Assembly: GCA_046484945.1 (NCBI GenBank)
Contig: JAWOHY010000026.1
Span: 2,073 to 66,072 of the forward strand
DNA length: 64,000 nt
Reading direction: 5' to 3'
DNA from: Bacteroidales bacterium
GTDB lineage: Bacteria; Bacteroidota; Bacteroidia; Bacteroidales; JAGOPY01
Below, piece by piece: positions 9,803 through 20,128 of the stretch. The stretch's first letter is position 1. Every line of letters starts with the position of its first letter. The notes below the pieces were generated by a model that saw nothing but the letters and a program-made list of their open reading frames with translations, was not told where the DNA came from and made no database searches. Position numbers and translations under genes: made by a program.

Positions 9803-11587
9803 ATGGAATACAGCAAAAATTTGACAGGAGGCGATTTCCTGATCAATGAAGTCAGCGCTAAAGACATTTTTATTCCGGAAGAATTCAACGAGGAACAGAA
9901 AATGATCTCCCAGACCTGTGAAGATTTTCTTGAATCGGAAGTTTTTCCGATGCTTGACAGGATTGACAAGCAGGAGCTTGGGCTGATGCCGAAACTGCTT
10001 GGCAAAGCAGGAGAATTGGGATTGCTGGCCATCTCCATACCGGAGGAATATGAGGGTTTCGGGCAGTCGTTTCTGACCGCCATGCGTGCCAACGAATCGC
10101 TGGGGGCAGGGTATTCATTCACAGTGGCTTATTCTGCACATGTTGGTATCGGAACAATGCCTATCGTTTATTACGGTAACGAAGCACAAAAACAAAAATA
10201 TCTTCCCAGGCTGGCTACCGGGGAATGGATTGCTGCTTATTGCCTTACTGAGCCCAATGCCGGTTCGGATGCCAACTCAGGCAGGACGAAGGCTACCTTA
10301 TCGGACGACGGCATGCATTATATCCTGAATGGCCAGAAAATGTGGATTACCAACGGGGGATTTGCCGATACGCTGATCGTTTTTGCCAAGATCGATAACG
10401 ACAGGGTATTGAGTGCATTCATCGTGGAAAGCAACCTTCCCGGCATCAGTATGAACCCGGAAGAGAACAAGATGGGCATCAAAGGGTCATCTACCCGCCA
10501 GATATTTTTCAATGATGTAAAGGTTCCGGCAGAAAACCTGCTGGGAAAGCGTGGGGAAGGATTTCGAATCGCACTGAACATCCTGCACATGGGAAGGATC
10601 AAGTTGGGCGGCATTGTGCTGGGGGCGGCCAAGCGCGCCATCAACCAGTCGGTCAATTATGCCAACGAAAGAAAACAGTTCGGTTCGCTCCTGTCGAGTT
10701 TCGGGGCGATCAAGTCCAAGCTGGCAGAGCAGGTGATCAGGACATTTACCAATGAATCAGCGGTTTACAGGACCAGCAAGAACATTGAAGAGGCGGCTAA
10801 ATTAAACCTGGCGGCCGGAATGGAAAAAGGGAAAGCCGAAATAGATGCGATTGCGAAATTCTCCGTAGAGTGTGCCATGTTAAAGGTATTCGGCTCGGAG
10901 GCGCTCGATTATGTTGTTGACGAAGCGGTCCAGATCTATGGCGGGATGGGTTATTCGGCGGAGGCGCCGGTTGACAGGGCGTATCGTGATTCCAGGATCA
11001 ACAGGATATTTGAAGGGACCAATGAAATTAACCGGCTGCTGGCAGCCGATACAGCCATTAAGAAGGCGCAGAAGGGTGATTTCGACCTATTTACCAACGC
11101 AAAGGCGGTTTTTGAATCCATTGATTCACTGGAAGATATTATCCCGGAGTTTCCTGGTTACTATGAAGAAAAGGCCCATTATATCCAGAATATGAAGAAG
11201 GCTGTATTGCTTGTCATTTATGCTTTTTCCGAAAGATTCAGAAAGAATCTGATCAACGAGCAGGAGATCATGATGAATGTTTCCGAAATGATGATGCAGC
11301 TATATGCGGCAGAGTCTACCCTTTTACGTGTTCAGAAAATGCATAAAACAACGGACGATAAGCACATCAGTATTTATCAGGACATCCTGGACATATTTAT
11401 TTATGATGCGGCTGCCAGGATCATGAAATCGGGAAAAGATGCGCTCGGTGCCATTGAGGAGGGCGATCTGCTGGTCCGGCTGAACCAGGCCATCGAGATT
11501 TTTACCCGCGTAGCCCCTGTCAATGTAGTAGATGCCCGCCGCCGAATCGCCGACAGGCTGATATACGACAACCGTTATACTTTCTGA
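9803..11587 (+). CDS. Acyl-CoA dehydrogenase, long (about 590 aa) form with C-terminal extension
   Basis: Contains CLTEPNAGSDA, the ACAD middle and C-terminal domains (YGGMGY, IFEGTNEINR), and an extra helical domain of about 150 aa. Confidence 0.88.
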   Translation: MEYSKNLTGGDFLINEVSAKDIFIPEEFNEEQKMISQTCEDFLESEVFPMLDRIDKQELGLMPKLLGKAGELGLLAISIPEEYEGFGQSFLTAMRANESLGAGYSFTVAYSAHVGIGTMPIVYYGNEAQKQKYLPRLATGEWIAAYCLTEPNAGSDANSGRTKATLSDDGMHYILNGQKMWITNGGFADTLIVFAKIDNDRVLSAFIVESNLPGISMNPEENKMGIKGSSTRQIFFNDVKVPAENLLGKRGEGFRIALNILHMGRIKLGGIVLGAAKRAINQSVNYANERKQFGSLLSSFGAIKSKLAEQVIRTFTNESAVYRTSKNIEEAAKLNLAAGMEKGKAEIDAIAKFSVECAMLKVFGSEALDYVVDEAVQIYGGMGYSAEAPVDRAYRDSRINRIFEGTNEINRLLAADTAIKKAQKGDFDLFTNAKAVFESIDSLEDIIPEFPGYYEEKAHYIQNMKKAVLLVIYAFSERFRKNLINEQEIMMNVSEMMMQLYAAESTLLRVQKMHKTTDDKHISIYQDILDIFIYDAAARIMKSGKDALGAIEEGDLLVRLNQAIEIFTRVAPVNVVDARRRIADRLIYDNRYTF

Positions 11588-11594
11588 TTATATC

Positions 11595-12737
11595 TTACTT
11601 AAGAATATGTTTTGAAACGACCAGCCGGTTGACCTGGTTGGTGCCTTCATAGATTTGTGATAATTTGGCATCCCGCATCATCTTTTCCACTGGATGTTCC
11701 CTTGAGTAGCCCTCTCCTCCCATCACCTGAACTGCATCGGTGGTCACTTTCATGGCAACATCCGTGGCATAATACTTCGACATGGCGGATAACTTCGAGA
11801 AATCTTTTTGCTGGGTGTCATAAGCCCAGGCAGCTCTCCACACCAGCATCCGGGCAGCCTCAATTTCGGTGGCCATATCGGACAGCATAAAGGAAACCCC
11901 TTGCAAAGCGGTGACGGGATGTCCGAACTGTATTCTGTTCTTTGCCCATTCACGGGAATAATCATATGCTGACCTTGCATTGCCGACAGCTGCACCCGCC
12001 ACTCCGGTACGGGTGCGGTCGAATGTTTTCATGGCGATCAGAAAACCATACCCTTCACCCCCCAGCAGGTTGGTGGCCGGTACTTCGACATTCTCAAAAA
12101 CAATCTCATTCTGGACCGAGGCCCGCTGTCCCATTTTTTCAAGCCTGGATATCATCCTGATCCCGGGGGAGTCTTTCTGGATGGCAAACGCGCTCAAACT
12201 GCGCGACCCCCGTTCCGGGTCAACCAGGGCAAAAACGGTGATATATTCTGCTACTTCTCCGTTGGTAATGAACCGCTTGTGCCCGTTAACAATATATTTA
12301 TCCCCGTGTTTGATCGCGGTGGTCTTGATTCCCTGCACGTCACTGCCGGCATTGGGCTCGGTCAATGCGTAGGCGGCGACACCTTTTTTTTCGATGATCT
12401 CTCCAAAGAACCGCTTTTTTTGCTCGTCTGATCCTGTGAGTAGTAACGGGGTGAGGGCCAGGGTACTGGCGTCAATGCAAATGCCAATGCCGGTGCACCC
12501 GTAACCCAGTTCTTCGGAAGATAATGCCCCGTCTAAAATGCTGAAGTTTTGTCCACCGTATTCCACTGGCAGCGATGCATTGATAATTTTTTCGTCATAA
12601 GCTGCATGGACAATATCCCAGGGAAAAGTTGCCAGTTCGTCATATTTCATCCTGTTGGGAACGATCCAGCGGTTAGAGAAATCGCGGTATTTTTCAATGA
12701 TTTCCTGTTGTCTTTTATCCAGTTGAAAATCAAGCAT
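11595..12737 (-). CDS. Acyl-CoA dehydrogenase (short/medium-chain type)
   Basis: 380 aa. Contains ALTEPNAGSD, GGEGY and QIYEGTNQV, the canonical ACAD motifs. Confidence 0.9.
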   Translation of the reverse strand: MLDFQLDKRQQEIIEKYRDFSNRWIVPNRMKYDELATFPWDIVHAAYDEKIINASLPVEYGGQNFSILDGALSSEELGYGCTGIGICIDASTLALTPLLLTGSDEQKKRFFGEIIEKKGVAAYALTEPNAGSDVQGIKTTAIKHGDKYIVNGHKRFITNGEVAEYITVFALVDPERGSRSLSAFAIQKDSPGIRMISRLEKMGQRASVQNEIVFENVEVPATNLLGGEGYGFLIAMKTFDRTRTGVAGAAVGNARSAYDYSREWAKNRIQFGHPVTALQGVSFMLSDMATEIEAARMLVWRAAWAYDTQQKDFSKLSAMSKYYATDVAMKVTTDAVQVMGGEGYSREHPVEKMMRDAKLSQIYEGTNQVNRLVVSKHILK

Positions 12738-12823
12738 AAGGGATGTATTAATGGTTTGACATAAATATTCCTAACAAAGATAGCAGAATATTTCAATGCC
12801 TGACAACAGAAGACAGGGAATTA

Positions 12824-13657
12824 TCAGCACTTATCGCAATTAAAACTGCGGTTGTACATTTCCATGGCTTTCAGGCTCATCCCCATATTCGAGAAGCCCC
12901 CGTCGTGATAAAGATTTTGCATGGTAACCTTTTTGGTGAGATCCGAAAAGAGGGTAATGCAGTAACCGGCACAGTCTTCTGCTGTTGCGTTACCAAGGGG
13001 CGACATCCTGTCGGTAAAATCCATCAGGCCGCTCATTACCCGGACCCCGCTGCCGGCTGTTGTCAAGGTCGGAGACTGTGAGATCGTATTTATCCTGACT
13101 TTCTTCTCCCGTCCGTAGATATATCCGAAGCTCCTGGCTATCGATTCCAGAAGCGCCTTGGCATCGGCCATGTCATTGTAGGCGTAAAGGGTACGTTGGG
13201 CTGCAATGTAAGAAAGAGCGACCACCGAACCCCATTCATTGATGGCATCCAGCCGGAAAGCAGTTTGCAACATCTTATGAAAAGATACAGAAGAGATGTC
13301 GAGGGTGGTTTTGAAAAAATCATAATTTACATCATTGTAAACCCTTTTCTTCCTGACGTTCATCGACATACCGATAGAATGGAGCACAAAATCGATTTTT
13401 CCGCCCAGGATTGCCATTGACTCGACAAATACCTTTTCCAGGTCCGACGTACTGGTGGCATCTGCGGGTATTACAACCGCGTCACATCGGGCAGCCAGTT
13501 CCTCAACCGTTCCAAAACGGATGGCTGTTGGGGTATTCGACAGGGTGAACCGGGCCCCTTCCTCGTGTGATTTCAGGGCGATCTGCCATGCAATGGATTT
13601 TTCGTCCAGTGCACCGAATATGACCCCTCTTTTTCCTTTGAGCAGATTGTATGCCAT
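12824..13657 (-). CDS. fabI: Enoyl-[acyl-carrier-protein] reductase, FabI-like SDR
   Basis: 277 aa. The N-terminus LKGKRGVIFGALDEKSIAW matches the FabI glycine-rich pattern, and a Y-x6-K motif (YNDMADAK) is present. Confidence 0.7.
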   Translation of the reverse strand: MAYNLLKGKRGVIFGALDEKSIAWQIALKSHEEGARFTLSNTPTAIRFGTVEELAARCDAVVIPADATSTSDLEKVFVESMAILGGKIDFVLHSIGMSMNVRKKRVYNDVNYDFFKTTLDISSVSFHKMLQTAFRLDAINEWGSVVALSYIAAQRTLYAYNDMADAKALLESIARSFGYIYGREKKVRINTISQSPTLTTAGSGVRVMSGLMDFTDRMSPLGNATAEDCAGYCITLFSDLTKKVTMQNLYHDGGFSNMGMSLKAMEMYNRSFNCDKC

Positions 13658-13678
13658 AATGAAGATTTTTATGATTTA

Positions 13679-15355
13679 CTACTCCGTGGCTACTTCAGGC
13701 AATGTTTCCAAAAGCTCCCTGGCTGCCGCAACAGAAGCCGGGGAGGTATCCTTCCCCCCGATCATTTTTGCCAGTTCGGTAACCCTTTCCTGTGAGTTGA
13801 GCAGTTTGATCTGTGAATAAGTAATGCTATCAACGAGTTCTTTATAAACGGTAAACTGGTGTGTCGCTTTCCCTGCAATCTGCGGAAGATGGGTGATGAC
13901 TATGACCTGCATTCTAACTGCTGCCGCAGCCAGCACATCCCCTACCCTTCCGGCAATATCGCCTGAAATTCCGTTATCGATCTCATCAAAGACAATGGTA
14001 GGCAGCCGTGTTTTTTCTGAAACAATGGATTTAATGCTTAGCATCACCCTCGACAACTCCCCGCCGGAAGCGATGTCAGCCAGGGGTTTGGGGGAATATC
14101 CCTTATTGGCATTGAAATAAAAACCGATCACATCCCTGCCCAACAGGCCGGGTTCAGTTTCCTCCTGGTGCCTGATCTCAAACTGGCATTCGGGCATGCC
14201 CATGTGCCTGAGCCTGGTAACGATCTCCTTCTCCAGTGAAGGAAACACTGCAATTCGCGCCCCTGTTAACCGGACGGCCCGGGAAGAAATATCCGAAAAA
14301 AGACCGTTGATCAATTGTTCCTGCTGCACGATCTGTTCTTCCAGGGAAGAGTAATCTTCCAGTTCTGCATGCAGACTGTCCCGCATATCCAACAACTCCT
14401 GAATGGTGTTTACCTGGTGCTTCCGCTGTAAACGGTATATCATATCAAGACGTTGTTGCACCTGGTATAATTCATCGGGATTAACATCCAGACCATCCAG
14501 CATTCCATTCAGTTCCTGGTAAATATCTTTCAGGTCAATCAGATTAGAGCTTACTCTGCCTGTAATGTCCTCAAGTCCTGAATAATATGCCGATACTTTC
14601 TTTAAAGTGCCTTCTGCGTCAACCAGGGAGGTGATCATGCCCCTTTCTTCCTGCCCCAGGATCTCTGTGACTCTGTGCAAACCATTCTTTATTTCCTCAG
14701 CATGAGCCAGTAAAGACTGCCGGTTTTCCAGAATTTCCTGTTCATCGGCAGCGAGTTTGGCTGCCATGAGTTCTTCCAGTAGAAACAGTTTAAAATCATA
14801 AGCAGACCGGCCTGATTTTTCCTTTTCCCTTAACTCGTTCAGATATGCAACATTTTTTTGCCATAGGTGAAATTGCAGCTGATAATCAAATAGTTCTGAT
14901 TCAAGGCCTGCATAATTGTCGATTACCGATAACTGGAAACCCGGATCCTGTAATGAGGTGGTGGCGTGCTGGGCATGTATGTCGATCAATTTGTCGCCCA
15001 GAGCTTTTAAAATCGTGAGATTAACAGGCGTATCGTTGATAAATGCCCGTGTTTTGCCATTCGGGTATATTTCCCTTCGTAATACCGTATCGTTGTCATA
15101 ATCGAGCCCTGTTTCCTCAAAAAATGAATGCAGGTGATAATTCGCGATATGAAATGTTCCCTCAACCACACATTTTCGGTCAGGATTTGACAGGATCTGG
15201 GTGTCGGCTCTTTTACCCAGCACCAGATCAAGGGCGTCCATCAGGATGGATTTACCGGCGCCGGTTTCACCCGTTATGGCGGTAAAACCCTGAGCAAAAC
15301 CAATATCCAGGCGATCGATCAGTGCATAGTTTTCTATGAACAAATGCTTTAGCAT
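13679..15355 (-). CDS. recN: DNA repair protein RecN
   Basis: 558 aa. Has the N-terminal Walker A GETGAGKS, a long coiled-coil middle region, and the C-terminal SGGELSR signature with Walker B VFDEID. Confidence 0.95.
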   Translation of the reverse strand: MLKHLFIENYALIDRLDIGFAQGFTAITGETGAGKSILMDALDLVLGKRADTQILSNPDRKCVVEGTFHIANYHLHSFFEETGLDYDNDTVLRREIYPNGKTRAFINDTPVNLTILKALGDKLIDIHAQHATTSLQDPGFQLSVIDNYAGLESELFDYQLQFHLWQKNVAYLNELREKEKSGRSAYDFKLFLLEELMAAKLAADEQEILENRQSLLAHAEEIKNGLHRVTEILGQEERGMITSLVDAEGTLKKVSAYYSGLEDITGRVSSNLIDLKDIYQELNGMLDGLDVNPDELYQVQQRLDMIYRLQRKHQVNTIQELLDMRDSLHAELEDYSSLEEQIVQQEQLINGLFSDISSRAVRLTGARIAVFPSLEKEIVTRLRHMGMPECQFEIRHQEETEPGLLGRDVIGFYFNANKGYSPKPLADIASGGELSRVMLSIKSIVSEKTRLPTIVFDEIDNGISGDIAGRVGDVLAAAAVRMQVIVITHLPQIAGKATHQFTVYKELVDSITYSQIKLLNSQERVTELAKMIGGKDTSPASVAAARELLETLPEVATE

Positions 15356-15366
15356 ACGAGATTTGC

Positions 15367-16278
15367 CTAATTCTGAAGAATTTTCTGATAAGTCATGGTA
15401 TTGGCCGGGTCGATTTCGCGAAGCAGATTATAAGCATCGTTTTTTTCTGATGTAGTACCTTCGGAAAAAACATTTACCAGTTCATCCCTTTTCGAGTCAG
15501 CGATAATCTGGAGAAACAACAAATTAGGCCTTGACTTTTTTATCTGCTGGATGTATTTCAGGGTTTCCAGGATCACTTTTCTGCCCTTTTCAGGTGTTTC
15601 AAACATAACATCGAGTCCCTGAAGATGATACTCATAATAGAAATTCCGGATGCCTACATAGGACGGGTTAGTTATATTTTCAAGCAGCCAGAACCTGTTA
15701 CGGGTACTTTCAGAAGATTTCCAGCCCCGGTATTCATAATTTTGTGCATTATTTACAACCTGCTGGGCAGCTTCAAAATATGGGTTTCCGCCCAGCCTGG
15801 AAAAGGAGTCGAAGTCAAGACCTAACATAACGTAGGCATAATATGCCAGGACAGAGGTAAGGTTGGAGGAGAACATTCCCTGGTTGAAATCGAGCGGCTG
15901 GTTTTCAATATAATTTATCTCAATGTCTCTGTCGATATAATTAAAGAGAATTGTATTATACGTTGAATTAAACACGGGTCTTCTGAGTGCAATGGTCAGT
16001 TCACATTTATAAATATTGCCGGCAGGCTGTTCCAGGATAGTCCATAACATGGAGCATTCAAGCCGTTCATAATACTGGTACTTGTAATTGGTGAAGCTCT
16101 GGTTGTTCATGAATTCATACATGGCGCTCCGAAGTGTTTCAAATACCCTTCTGTCGGATGTCTGAATTTGCTGCGAATTTACTTCAACCGAGCAAATAAA
16201 TTCCTGTCCTTTCAGGTTAAAAAGCAACAGGCTCAATATGGTTATGATGATCCCTTTAAACATAAAGTATATATTCAA
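15367..16278 (-). CDS. DUF4835-family protein (annotated PorD/T9SS-associated in some Bacteroidota)
   Basis: 303 aa with a signal peptide. It occupies the conserved position between recN and coaBC seen in Bacteroidota. The family assignment is from memory of that synteny and sequence style. Confidence 0.5.
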   Translation of the reverse strand: MNIYFMFKGIIITILSLLLFNLKGQEFICSVEVNSQQIQTSDRRVFETLRSAMYEFMNNQSFTNYKYQYYERLECSMLWTILEQPAGNIYKCELTIALRRPVFNSTYNTILFNYIDRDIEINYIENQPLDFNQGMFSSNLTSVLAYYAYVMLGLDFDSFSRLGGNPYFEAAQQVVNNAQNYEYRGWKSSESTRNRFWLLENITNPSYVGIRNFYYEYHLQGLDVMFETPEKGRKVILETLKYIQQIKKSRPNLLFLQIIADSKRDELVNVFSEGTTSEKNDAYNLLREIDPANTMTYQKILQN

Positions 16279-16303
16279 TCAAGGCGTGTTAAATAATTAT
16301 ATA

Positions 16304-17503
16304 TCAGATTACTGATGCAATAATTCTGACAATATCTTTGGCAATTTCCGGTTTGGATTTCAGGGGCAGGTGCTGAACATTTCCATTGGATGAAAGGATG
16401 GTCACTTTATTTGTCGGTTTATTAAAGCCGGCTCCTTCATCGTTCAGGGAATTCAGGAAAATCATATCCAGGTTTTTATCATTGAGTTTTTTCCTGGCAT
16501 TTTCCTCTTCATTTTCTGTTTCAAGGGCGAATCCGGCAAGAAATTGTCCTGGTGTTTTACTTTTACCGAGTTCAGCCAGGATGTCTTTAGTTAGTGAAAG
16601 TTTCAGCGCTGTGGGTTTGGCTGATTTCTTGATTTTCAAAGGGGAAGGGCTTGCCGGAGAAAAATCAGCCACAGCGGCAGCCATGACAATAATATCTTTG
16701 GCGCTGGCGGCCGCGATACATTCATCAAACATTTCAGCGGCGGTAACCACATCAATTCTGTGGATCCCGGTCATTTCATTTTGAATACTCACCGGTCCGG
16801 AAATGAGTGTGACATCTGCCCCCTGCCTTGCAAATTCATCTGCAATGCAGAATCCCATCAACCCTGAGGAATGATTGCCGATAAACCGCACCGGATCGAT
16901 TGGTTCATAGGTTGGGCCTGCAGTTACCATTACTTTCTTACCGTAGAAAGGCGCATTTTTTAAATTAAAGAATTCACTGATCAAGTCGAAGACAATCTCC
17001 GGCTCTTCCATTCTTCCGGCGCCGCATAGTCCACTGGCGAGTTCGCCGACGGTAGGCTCGATCAGGTGGTGCCCGTATGACCTAATGATCTCTATATTTT
17101 TTTGTGTAGTGGGGTGCCGGAACATGTCCAGGTCCATGGCAGGGGCGAAAAATACCGGGCATTTGGCTGACAGGTAAGCTGTCATCAGGAAATTATCGGC
17201 TATCCCGTGGGCCATCTTTGCCAGGGTATTGGCCGTTATTGGGGCAAGCAGGTATAAATCAGCCCATTGACCAAGTTCCACATGGCTATTCCATGCCCCG
17301 GTATTGCTGTCAAACGGTTCGATTATGACCGGATGGCCGGAAAGGGTTGATAATGTAAGGGGGGTGATAAAATCCTTTGCGGCCGGTGTCATCATCACTT
17401 TGACATCAGCCCCCTCTTTCTTGAATAGCCGGATAAGCGCCGGTATTTTAAATGCGGCAATGCTTCCGGTTATTCCTATGACTATTTTTTTCCCTTTCAG
17501 CAT
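16304..17503 (-). CDS. coaBC: Bifunctional phosphopantothenoylcysteine decarboxylase / phosphopantothenate-cysteine ligase
   Basis: 399 aa. Has an N-terminal flavoprotein domain (GITGSIAAFK) and a C-terminal DFP ligase domain (VTAGPTYEPIDPVRFIGNHSSG). Confidence 0.93.
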   Translation of the reverse strand: MLKGKKIVIGITGSIAAFKIPALIRLFKKEGADVKVMMTPAAKDFITPLTLSTLSGHPVIIEPFDSNTGAWNSHVELGQWADLYLLAPITANTLAKMAHGIADNFLMTAYLSAKCPVFFAPAMDLDMFRHPTTQKNIEIIRSYGHHLIEPTVGELASGLCGAGRMEEPEIVFDLISEFFNLKNAPFYGKKVMVTAGPTYEPIDPVRFIGNHSSGLMGFCIADEFARQGADVTLISGPVSIQNEMTGIHRIDVVTAAEMFDECIAAASAKDIIVMAAAVADFSPASPSPLKIKKSAKPTALKLSLTKDILAELGKSKTPGQFLAGFALETENEEENARKKLNDKNLDMIFLNSLNDEGAGFNKPTNKVTILSSNGNVQHLPLKSKPEIAKDIVRIIASVI

Positions 17504-17518
17504 TTCACCGGGACGGGT

Positions 17519-17854
17519 TTATATTTTCTTCTTTAGCTCACGGTGCGGATTACGAAAATATATCTGTTTACCGAGGAACTCGTGAACAGCGATCAATGTC
17601 GGTTTTGGGAGCCGTTCATAATAACGTGCAATTTCAATCTGTTCCTTGTTTTCAAAAACCTCTTCCAGATTGTCACTTGTCGTGGCGAATTCTTCAATTT
17701 TCTTATTCAGTTCATCTTTTATCTCAAGTGAGATCTGGTTCGCCCGCTTGGACAAAACAACCACACTTTCGTAAATATTTTCCGTCTGTTGACTGAATTT
17801 ACGTGTGTCGCGGGTGATGGCTTCCGATTCTGTCTTAACCTTTTTATAGTCCAT
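17519..17854 (-). CDS. rpoZ: DNA-directed RNA polymerase subunit omega (Bacteroidota type)
   Basis: 111 aa. It sits between bamD and coaBC as in other Bacteroidota and contains an NxYE..V.LSKRA-like core (NIYESVVVLSKRANQI). Confidence 0.6.
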   Translation of the reverse strand: MDYKKVKTESEAITRDTRKFSQQTENIYESVVVLSKRANQISLEIKDELNKKIEEFATTSDNLEEVFENKEQIEIARYYERLPKPTLIAVHEFLGKQIYFRNPHRELKKKI

Positions 17855-17859
17855 ATGAA

Positions 17860-18684
17860 TTAATTAATGATTTCGTTTTCAGCGGAGGGGTCATCCTGTT
17901 GTATTTTGGCCAGGACCACCCGTTTGATACTATTGGCATCCCGCAAAAATTTGCTGTCAGGGTAATGGAATACCAATTCATTATAAGCATCCAATGCGGA
18001 TTGATAACGTTCAGATTGCTTTGTAATTACACTGTTGATGGCGTAATTGTAATATGATCGTAAAATATTATAGAGAATCTGCTCTTTGTAATCTGTATCG
18101 GGATATTCCTTCAGGATATTCTCAAAGGATTTGATGGCCGATTCGTATAATCTCATTTTAAAATAGATGTTGGCAATGTCAATATCTTTTCTCTGCAGTT
18201 TTGCCTGGAGCATGTTGATCAGGTCGGCAGCTTCAGATACCCGTTCGCTGTCGGGGTAATAGTCGATGAACAGCTGCAGCTCCCTGATGGCTGTGTAGGT
18301 ATTTGTCTGGTCCAGTGACGATTTAGGTGAGTCAAGATAATAACAGTACGCATTCATGAAGAGGGCCTCCTCGGCATACTGACTCCGCGGATAATTATTC
18401 ACAAAACGTTTGAAATAATAACTGGCCAGTACATAATCTCTTTGATGGTAATGACAGTAGGCATAGTAAAACTGCATTTTCTCTGCCTTGTCGGTCCCCT
18501 GGTAAAAGTTGATCAGTGTCTGGAACAACTGCAGGGATCGATAATAGTCCTGTTTCTCATAATAGTCAATCGCAGCGGCATATTTAGCCTCATTATCAGT
18601 GCTTTTTAGAAGTTTTTGGTGTTTTCCGCAACTTACCAGCAAAAGAATGGTCAGGACAAGTAATATGTTCAATCTGAAAAACAT
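17860..18684 (-). CDS. bamD: Outer membrane protein assembly factor BamD
   Basis: 274 aa. Has a lipoprotein signal ending LLVSC and TPR-like repeats with the YfiO/BamD pattern (YYEKQDYYRSLQLF..., YPDS...). Confidence 0.8.
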   Translation of the reverse strand: MFFRLNILLVLTILLLVSCGKHQKLLKSTDNEAKYAAAIDYYEKQDYYRSLQLFQTLINFYQGTDKAEKMQFYYAYCHYHQRDYVLASYYFKRFVNNYPRSQYAEEALFMNAYCYYLDSPKSSLDQTNTYTAIRELQLFIDYYPDSERVSEAADLINMLQAKLQRKDIDIANIYFKMRLYESAIKSFENILKEYPDTDYKEQILYNILRSYYNYAINSVITKQSERYQSALDAYNELVFHYPDSKFLRDANSIKRVVLAKIQQDDPSAENEIIN

Positions 18685-18777
18685 CGGGCAAAATTACAAA
18701 AATTCAATGAACTCATAACGGGCAATGCGGGTAATTATTATCATTTTCAATTCATTTGACAAATCTGAATAAATTGA

Positions 18778-18785
18778 TAATTTTG
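18778..18785 (+). promoter_or_regulatory. Bacteroidota promoter: -7 box TAATTTTG with a -33 TTTG at 18755-18758
   Basis: The 19-nt spacing between TTTG and TAnnTTTG matches the published Bacteroides consensus. It lies 50 nt upstream of GTG 18835. Confidence 0.5.
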
Positions 18786-18834
18786 CTGCTGAATTCAATT
18801 CAAATTTTTTTTGGTCATTTAAAAAATCAGTATC

Positions 18835-20082
18835 GTGGATATTTTTGAAAAGATCGTCAATAGGATGGGGCCATTGGGCCAGTATTATGCACAAGGGCAC
18901 GGTTATTACCTTTTTCCGAAGCTGGAAGGAGAGATATCCAACCGTATGATATTCAGGGGCAAGGAAAGGCTGGTCTGGAGCCTGAACAATTATCTCGGAC
19001 TTGCCAATCATCCCGAAGTCAGAAAAGCTGACGCCGAGGCGGCTGCGAAATACGGGCTGGCCTACCAGATGGGTGCCCGGATGATGTCAGGACAAACCGA
19101 ATACCACGAGCAGTTTGAGCGGGAAATTGCCGATTTCATGGGAAAGGAGGCCGCCTACCTGTTGAATTATGGTTACCAGGGAATGGTTTCCATTATCCAG
19201 GCGCTGGTTGACCGGAAGGATGTGATCGTATATGATTCGGAGGCCCATGCATGCATCATTGACGGCATGCAGTTGCATTTTGGGAAGCGGTTTGTTTACC
19301 CGCATAACAACATGCAGAACCTGGAAAAGGAGCTGCAACGGGCCACCAAAATCACTAATGAAACCGGTGGCGGCATCCTGGTGATCACGGAGGGGGTTTA
19401 CGGAATGGCCGGCGACCTGGGGAATCTCCGGGAGATCATAAAGCTCAAAGAGCATTACAATTTCAGGTTATTGGTAGATGATGCGCATGGATTTGGGACG
19501 ATGGGCGCCACAGGCCAGGGCACAGGAGAATTCCTGGGTGTTCAGGACGAAATTGATCTCTATTTTGGCACTTTTGCTAAGGCCTTTGCAGGCATTGGCG
19601 GATTTATAGCCTCCAGGAAGGATGTGATTACATATCTGATGTACAACCTTCGTTCACAGGTGTTTGCCAAATCGCTTCCCGTTGCCATGACCATCGGGGC
19701 TTTAAAGCGCCTGGAAATATTGCGTAATGAGCCACAGCATAAAGATAAGCTGTGGACTATCGTCAATGCCCTGCAAAAAGGGCTGAAAGAACAAGGGTTC
19801 GATCTCGGGAAAACCGAATCGCCGGTTACCCCGGTTTATTTTTCGGGAGGTGCGGGTGAAGCCACGTATATTACCTACGATTTGCGTGAGAACTATAACA
19901 TCTTCTGCTCCATCGTGGTCTATCCGGTGGTCCCAAAAGGCGTCATCATGCTCCGGTTGATCCCGACCGCAGTCCATACACTCGAAGATGTGCAGGAAAC
20001 CATTCTCGCCTTTGCCGAGGTAAAAGAAAAACTTGATGCAGGCAAATATTCCCACACAGAGATCAGGGCAGTAAAAGTCTGA
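18835..20082 (+). CDS. Alpha-oxoamine synthase family PLP enzyme (KBL / 8-amino-7-oxononanoate synthase / serine-palmitoyltransferase-like)
   Basis: 415 aa with a GTG start at 18835. Contains NNYLGLANHPEV, DDAHGFG, and FGTFAKAF with the PLP lysine. Confidence 0.85.
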   Translation: MDIFEKIVNRMGPLGQYYAQGHGYYLFPKLEGEISNRMIFRGKERLVWSLNNYLGLANHPEVRKADAEAAAKYGLAYQMGARMMSGQTEYHEQFEREIADFMGKEAAYLLNYGYQGMVSIIQALVDRKDVIVYDSEAHACIIDGMQLHFGKRFVYPHNNMQNLEKELQRATKITNETGGGILVITEGVYGMAGDLGNLREIIKLKEHYNFRLLVDDAHGFGTMGATGQGTGEFLGVQDEIDLYFGTFAKAFAGIGGFIASRKDVITYLMYNLRSQVFAKSLPVAMTIGALKRLEILRNEPQHKDKLWTIVNALQKGLKEQGFDLGKTESPVTPVYFSGGAGEATYITYDLRENYNIFCSIVVYPVVPKGVIMLRLIPTAVHTLEDVQETILAFAEVKEKLDAGKYSHTEIRAVKV

Positions 20083-20128
20083 TTTCATGTGTTGCTGCCT
20101 GTGACTGGATTTCTGGAATAATAATATA

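Noticed and set aside
18694-19011. 105-aa minus-strand ORF overlapping the start of the alpha-oxoamine synthase gene
   Set aside because: It overlaps a strongly supported CDS and its promoter region (TTTG/TAATTTTG at 18755-18785), has no family resemblance, and has an AT-rich, low-information N-terminal part.
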